Source of the DNA: Amphiscolops sp. MND2022
Taxonomy: Eukaryota
Direction: 5' to 3'
DNA length: 64,000 nt
Assembly (NCBI GenBank): GCA_964187785.1
Contig: OZ076418.1
Coordinates: 9,982,001-10,046,000 of the forward strand
Shown here: in pieces, positions 59,201 through 64,000 of the stretch
Numbering within the stretch: position 1 is the first letter of the stretch
Layout: every line of letters begins with the position of its first letter
Program-made: the position numbers and the translations under genes
The notes under the pieces: model-generated
The model's database searches: none
What the model was told of the DNA's origin: nothing
What the model saw: only the letters and a program-made list of their open reading frames with translations

Positions 59201-60886
59201 AAAAGAAGTTCAACAAACTCCTAAAAGTCTGGCAACAACGCTATAAAGAATTACGCCTCGATGAAAACAACTTCATTTACTTTGACGAACGTTTAGTCAT
59301 CCCAGAAGAACTGAGACGACCAATATTCAGAAGTTTACAATGGGGACACCCGGGAAGGGACACAATGCTCCAAGCCGTTGCCGACAAATGGTGGCCGCGG
59401 ATCCACCGCGAAATCGTGCTCCTGGCGCAATCATGCAGTCGCTTCCAAAAAGCAGGTAAAAATTTAAAAACAATACAAAAACAATCATAATACGGAAAAA
59501 TACCCGCATAATGACGAAATAGCTATAGATTTTGCAGGACCATTTAAATTAGCTCCGAAAGCAAAGAATTATTTACTGGTAACAATCGATCACAAAACGA
59601 ATTGGCCAAACGCCGCGTTTGTAAAGAAACCGACCGCAGAAACTGTAATGAACTTCTTAAACGCGCATATAGCCCAATTCGGCAACCAAAAAGAATAAGA
59701 ACCGACCCCGCAACTATATTCCGCGGCGAAACACTTAGACAATTTTGCAGCGATCACTTCATTAAACATATCGAATGCCCAATCCGCGACCACCGCGGAA
59801 ACGGAAAAATAGAGCGCTTAATTGGAACACTTAACGAAAGATTAAGAGCAGATAAAACAATTATCACAGAACGCGGAAACGCAGGTCTAGCACGATTACT
59901 ATTCGCTCTTAGAACGGCCGCGGCAGCCAATAAAAGTAGTCTATTCGAACAGGTATGAAGAAACACTACAACTGTCCCCAGTAGACTTTCCCAAAGACGA
60001 CGATTCAACCATCTTCCTATGAGACAGGACGAAAAACACAAAACTAGAGGGACAATTCAAAAAACGACATGGAGGCATAGTGGCAGAATCAAACGACACA
60101 ATAACGCTGCAGAACAAACGAGGGCGCCAAGTAATCTCGAAGAGATATTGCAAAACAGAAAAGCACATCATACAGCCCCAAAACAAGAAGTCAACAAAAC
60201 AAGGGAGGAAACAGCCACTCGCTGGAATGGAAAATTGCAGCACTCAAAGATGCCGAGACAAGGGAGGAGATGGAACTAAACAAACCACTGAAGGCATTCA
60301 TAAAGAAGAGAGAAAAACAAACGGAAACGAGGACAAAATCCCCCAGAAAACAAGCACGACCGAGGAAATCACTCGCAGGACTACCAGAAAAGAAAAGCGA
60401 ACAAAAACAAAACGAAATCATCGATAGCTACGACGAAGAAGAAAACACTATGTGGAAAGAAACCACAACCAAACAAGATACAACAAACAAATCAGAAGAA
60501 ACAACTGAAGAAAAACAAGAGCAACCAGAGACAAGAAGCAACAATTCCAGACAAAGTCAGCGCACAAAACGAAAACCAAACTGGTTCGGTCAAAACGTCA
60601 TGGTGACGAAGATAGACACGACAGACCATGAAGACAAAAACAACGCCCAAACCAACATGGAAATTGAACAAGAACTTGAAGCGTTCCCCAACTTCGAAGC
60701 AATGACACAAGAGGAAATTGACCACTGGGTCAACAACTAAAGAAGAGAGAAGACCACATGAGCAAAGAACCAAAAACTAAAAACATTAAATATTATTAAC
60801 ATTTGAGTTATATTAACATTTGAGTTATATTACGTATCTTAAATTTGTTGTGTACTAACTTAACCTCTATCCCGTAGTGGGGGAGA

Positions 60887-61100
60887 TGTGACCGAGGCCA
60901 TAGCTTTGGTTAGAAAAAGAAAACGATGCTAACATTTAGATTGACAAACAACTGTAAACATATATAAACATAAAGTAAAGTACCTGTCAATAAGCTTTGT
61001 CGAAACGACCTAATGGTCAAACCATTGCAGCAAGTTTCCTTCTCAGTATACAGTTACTTAATTCACTACTATTGTTAGCAAACTCGTTTTCGCTATAACA
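60887..61100 (+). repeat. Gypsy 3' LTR
   Basis: Preceded by PPT; followed by TSD GTCTC. Confidence 0.93.
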
Positions 61101-63240
61101 GTCTCCCATAATTTGGATTTTCGATTGACTTTTACTGAAAACTTTACGATCAGATGTTAAACAGCTGAGTTTTTTCTTTCTGTAATAAACACATTTTCAT
61201 GTCGATATGTTTTTAGCTCGGTTTTCGCTATAATTGAGCAGCCAGCTGTAAGAAAAGTGTTGGTACCTTGATTGAAGAATACAATTTCAGATATTTATTT
61301 TAACAATGCTTAGATACTGCGGCAGCTTATGAGTACGATTCGATAATCAAATGAAAACGCTCACTTCATTTCACCTCAGGTTTTTAGTTTTCGGACTGCC
61401 ACCATCTATGACACTCCTGATAAATTCAATGCACTTGGCGTGCACATGTTTACCCCCACAAAAATACTCAGCGGACAGTTCGATGGTGACCTAAGTTTTC
61501 TTGATAGGAAATTTTTTCTCAATGAATTTTGCAGTGACTATGAGAGTGTCCCATACTTGTGCAAACACTATAAAATTGTTTGTTTCCGACCCCCCACATT
61601 TTCAATGGGGGAGGAAAATCATGGTCTATGATGCGTTTTTTTTCCAAATTCTGCCAAATTTGACTCACCTACTCACCTGACTATTTTATAGTTACTTGAC
61701 TATTTTAGTTACTTGACTCTTTTATGGGAATAATATCTAAAGTCAAAAAAGAGAACAAGATCTAAGGGGAATAAGATCTGAAATCACTAAATTTTAGATC
61801 TTATTTTTTGGACCCTTTTCCCCCTTCCCAAAGTAGCTATGGCTCAGTTGGCAAAGGCAAAGGGGGCTTAAAATATCCCTGTGCTTAGCGGGCGTCTTGT
61901 TTCGAATTCAAAATTTGATGGAAATTCCCAAGTCGGTGGGTGTCAATCACATCTACGGAGCTTTTTAGATCGCAGAGAGTATTTTCAAACCATTTATTCT
62001 GTCATGCATTTGTATATTAACGAGAAGTTCGGAATTCATTTCTTCAATTCCGAAGTTCATGATTTCATAGTGATACGTTGTATCCTCATTCCTGGTCTTT
62101 CAGGTACAAGCCGATTATGTGGTTTTGTTTCTTTACTTTTTGTTTTCTGCATTTTCTGAAACATTCCCGTTTAGTCTTGGAAGACTTGACAAGCTGGTGT
62201 TCATTCTTGCTTCGTACAAACCTGTCGAACCGTTTGCTAAGTGCCTTCAAAGGAGTCCCATCATGAGATTCAAGGAACTTGAAGAATTGCGAAACAAACA
62301 AGAATTTTTTACTTATTCTGTTATTTTGCTATTAATGTTTCATAAATTGCATTAACAGCTGACTTTAAAAAAGTTTGATGATCGCTAGATTGGTAGCGTG
62401 AACGTGGTAGCTGTGGCATAATAGGTACCTACATGTAGTTGACAATGGTTTTTGTGCATTTTCATTCACTTTTGTTAGCTTCTCTTTAAAAATTCTTGGC
62501 AAGATCTTGATAAGAATCATTCAAAAGTTTCATGAAAATTATCTCATGAAAAACTCACTCCAAGAGAATCCACACTGGGTTGTGATATCCGCATGTAGTT
62601 TCAATGCCGTCGTTAAAGTTGTTTTTGCTCAATTGATGAACAGAGCGTTCGTACTTTGATTTTTTAAGAACTATTATTTCAAATCAGTACAAACATGAAT
62701 CGAAGTTTTCTAAATTGTATCCATACCTTTCATTCTAGAAGTTTCATGAAGTGTTCTAACTACTTTTTATTTTGTATTTGTAGAACGCTGAAAAATTCCA
62801 AAGGACATAAATAGAAAGCCAGTTCTGAGAAATCCAAGCACAATTCAACAAAATTGTACACCAAAATACAATGAAAAATTATAAAAAGATGAGTTCATTG
62901 AATTTTCCACTGCATCACACAACCAGATCCGCGTCTGCCCTGAGAGCCAGTATCGTCCAGATATCTCTCGGTCCAGTGGTTGGCGAACGCACAAATGGTT
63001 TCATTGGAGCTCCTTCCACATTCGCCCATGTTATTACCCTTCTGATACCGCAAGGATGCTGGGGTAGGGCTTTCTAATAAAAAAGGCTGCTGCAGAAACA
63101 AACTACAAGACTGTTTTATGTCTTACGTAATATGCCACAGCCAGAAGTCCAAAAAGTGCAAAATCTCAGAATTATGCTAAAACGTTGTTTTTTTTCTAGC
63201 GAAAGACTGGTTTTATGACCCCAGTCGAACTCCCATACAT

Positions 63241-63425
63241 TTCTTGCAAGAATCTTGCAGAAGTGGTACATATCAGACACTATCTGCAAGAATCTTGCAA
63301 GAATCTTAGATTTCAGACAAACCTGTCAGATTCTGGCAGATCAGACATTTCTTGCAAGATTCTTGGACGGATCTTGCAAGATAATGTCTGAAAATTGAAA
63401 GATATTCTGCAAGAAAATGTCTGGA
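63241..63425. repeat. degenerate repeat array built on the palindrome CTTGCAAG
   Basis: TTCTTGCAAGAATCTTGCAG.. and CAGACA(T/C)T units recurring in both orientations. Confidence 0.7.
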
Positions 63426-64000
63426 ATCTACGGAAAACGTCAAGATTGTTTTTTCAATTTTAACCCAAGAATATGTTCGAAATGAATGTAAATGTCTCGT
63501 ATATGGAGTCGCACGGACTTAAATGTGACTGAAGATGCTGAAATATGATTTGTTTATTTTAGAACTACCGCTTCGCCAACTTGAATTATTGTAGATGATG
63601 TGAAAACTTGCAAAATTCGAAGGAAGCAGTGTTTGTTCATGCACAAACTTTGCTGAGCAGAAGATTGTAAAAAGTGTGGAATTTGGCATCAGAGTGGAAA
63701 TTGTTATAAACAAAAAAGCGCAGACTAAAAACTCAACAGCAATTCGAAAGCAGTTTGCTAGCTACCTATGAAAGTTTCGAACTTCAGCTTTCAATTGTGT
63801 TTCCGGTGAAAAAAGTTGTTCATTATGTGATCAGAAACACTCAAATCGAATTGTTAACTTTGAGTTTTTGGGAACTTTAAAACTGTATTCTCACAGTAAA
63901 CATTTTTGTAGTTACCATGTTTTTCTCATTGAATATTCCGACGAAATTTGAACACGTTTTTTTCATATTGAACTTTTCGTGTGGAAGTGGAAATGATACC

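Larger units (their letters stand above)
56013..61100 (+). mobile_element. full-length but inactivated Ty3/Gypsy LTR retrotransposon (Mag-like gag)
   Basis: 214-bp LTRs 56013-56226 and 60887-61100, TSD GTCTC, PBS TGGCGCTGCGA, PPT AGTGGGGGAGA. Gag CLRCGK..H..CPAKGKQCNKCG..GHF; protease MIDSGSPVTI; RT ALDARELN, LDMTYAYGQ, FIDDILI; integrase DFAGPF, TDPATIF, GKIERLIGT. Confidence 0.95.

Overview
AT-rich eukaryotic (invertebrate-animal-like) genomic DNA; the taxon cannot be fixed from sequence alone. There is no prokaryotic, CRISPR or phage signal. The left half (1-32.3 kb) carries three minus-strand host genes. METTL13 was reconstructed by hand as 7 exons (1299-24663, 698 aa, all splice phases consistent). 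UTP14 is intronless in its coding region (561 aa). The third is a 97-aa SWIB-domain ORF. Introns and intergenic DNA are filled with non-autonomous DNA elements: TA-flanked MITEs, piggyBac- and hAT-type MITEs, foldback elements, and a Helitron2/Helentron-like family associated with tRNA-like cassettes. The right half (32.8-61.1 kb) is a nest of retroelements: a full-length mutated BEL/Pao, a 2.94-kb tandem duplication with a deleted Copia, a second Copia, a second BEL relic, a Gypsy relic, a CRE-like non-LTR fragment, and a full-length mutated Gypsy with LTRs and TSD. The main leads are an apparently catalytically degenerate C-terminal methyltransferase domain in METTL13, splice acceptors 4-9 nt upstream of the ATG in all three co-oriented genes (5'-UTR introns or SL trans-splicing), the Helentron-like family with tRNA-like modules, and an asymmetric 3' end in the BEL element. 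I found nothing I can support as a wholly new multi-gene system. Homology calls rest on motif recognition from memory, not database searches.
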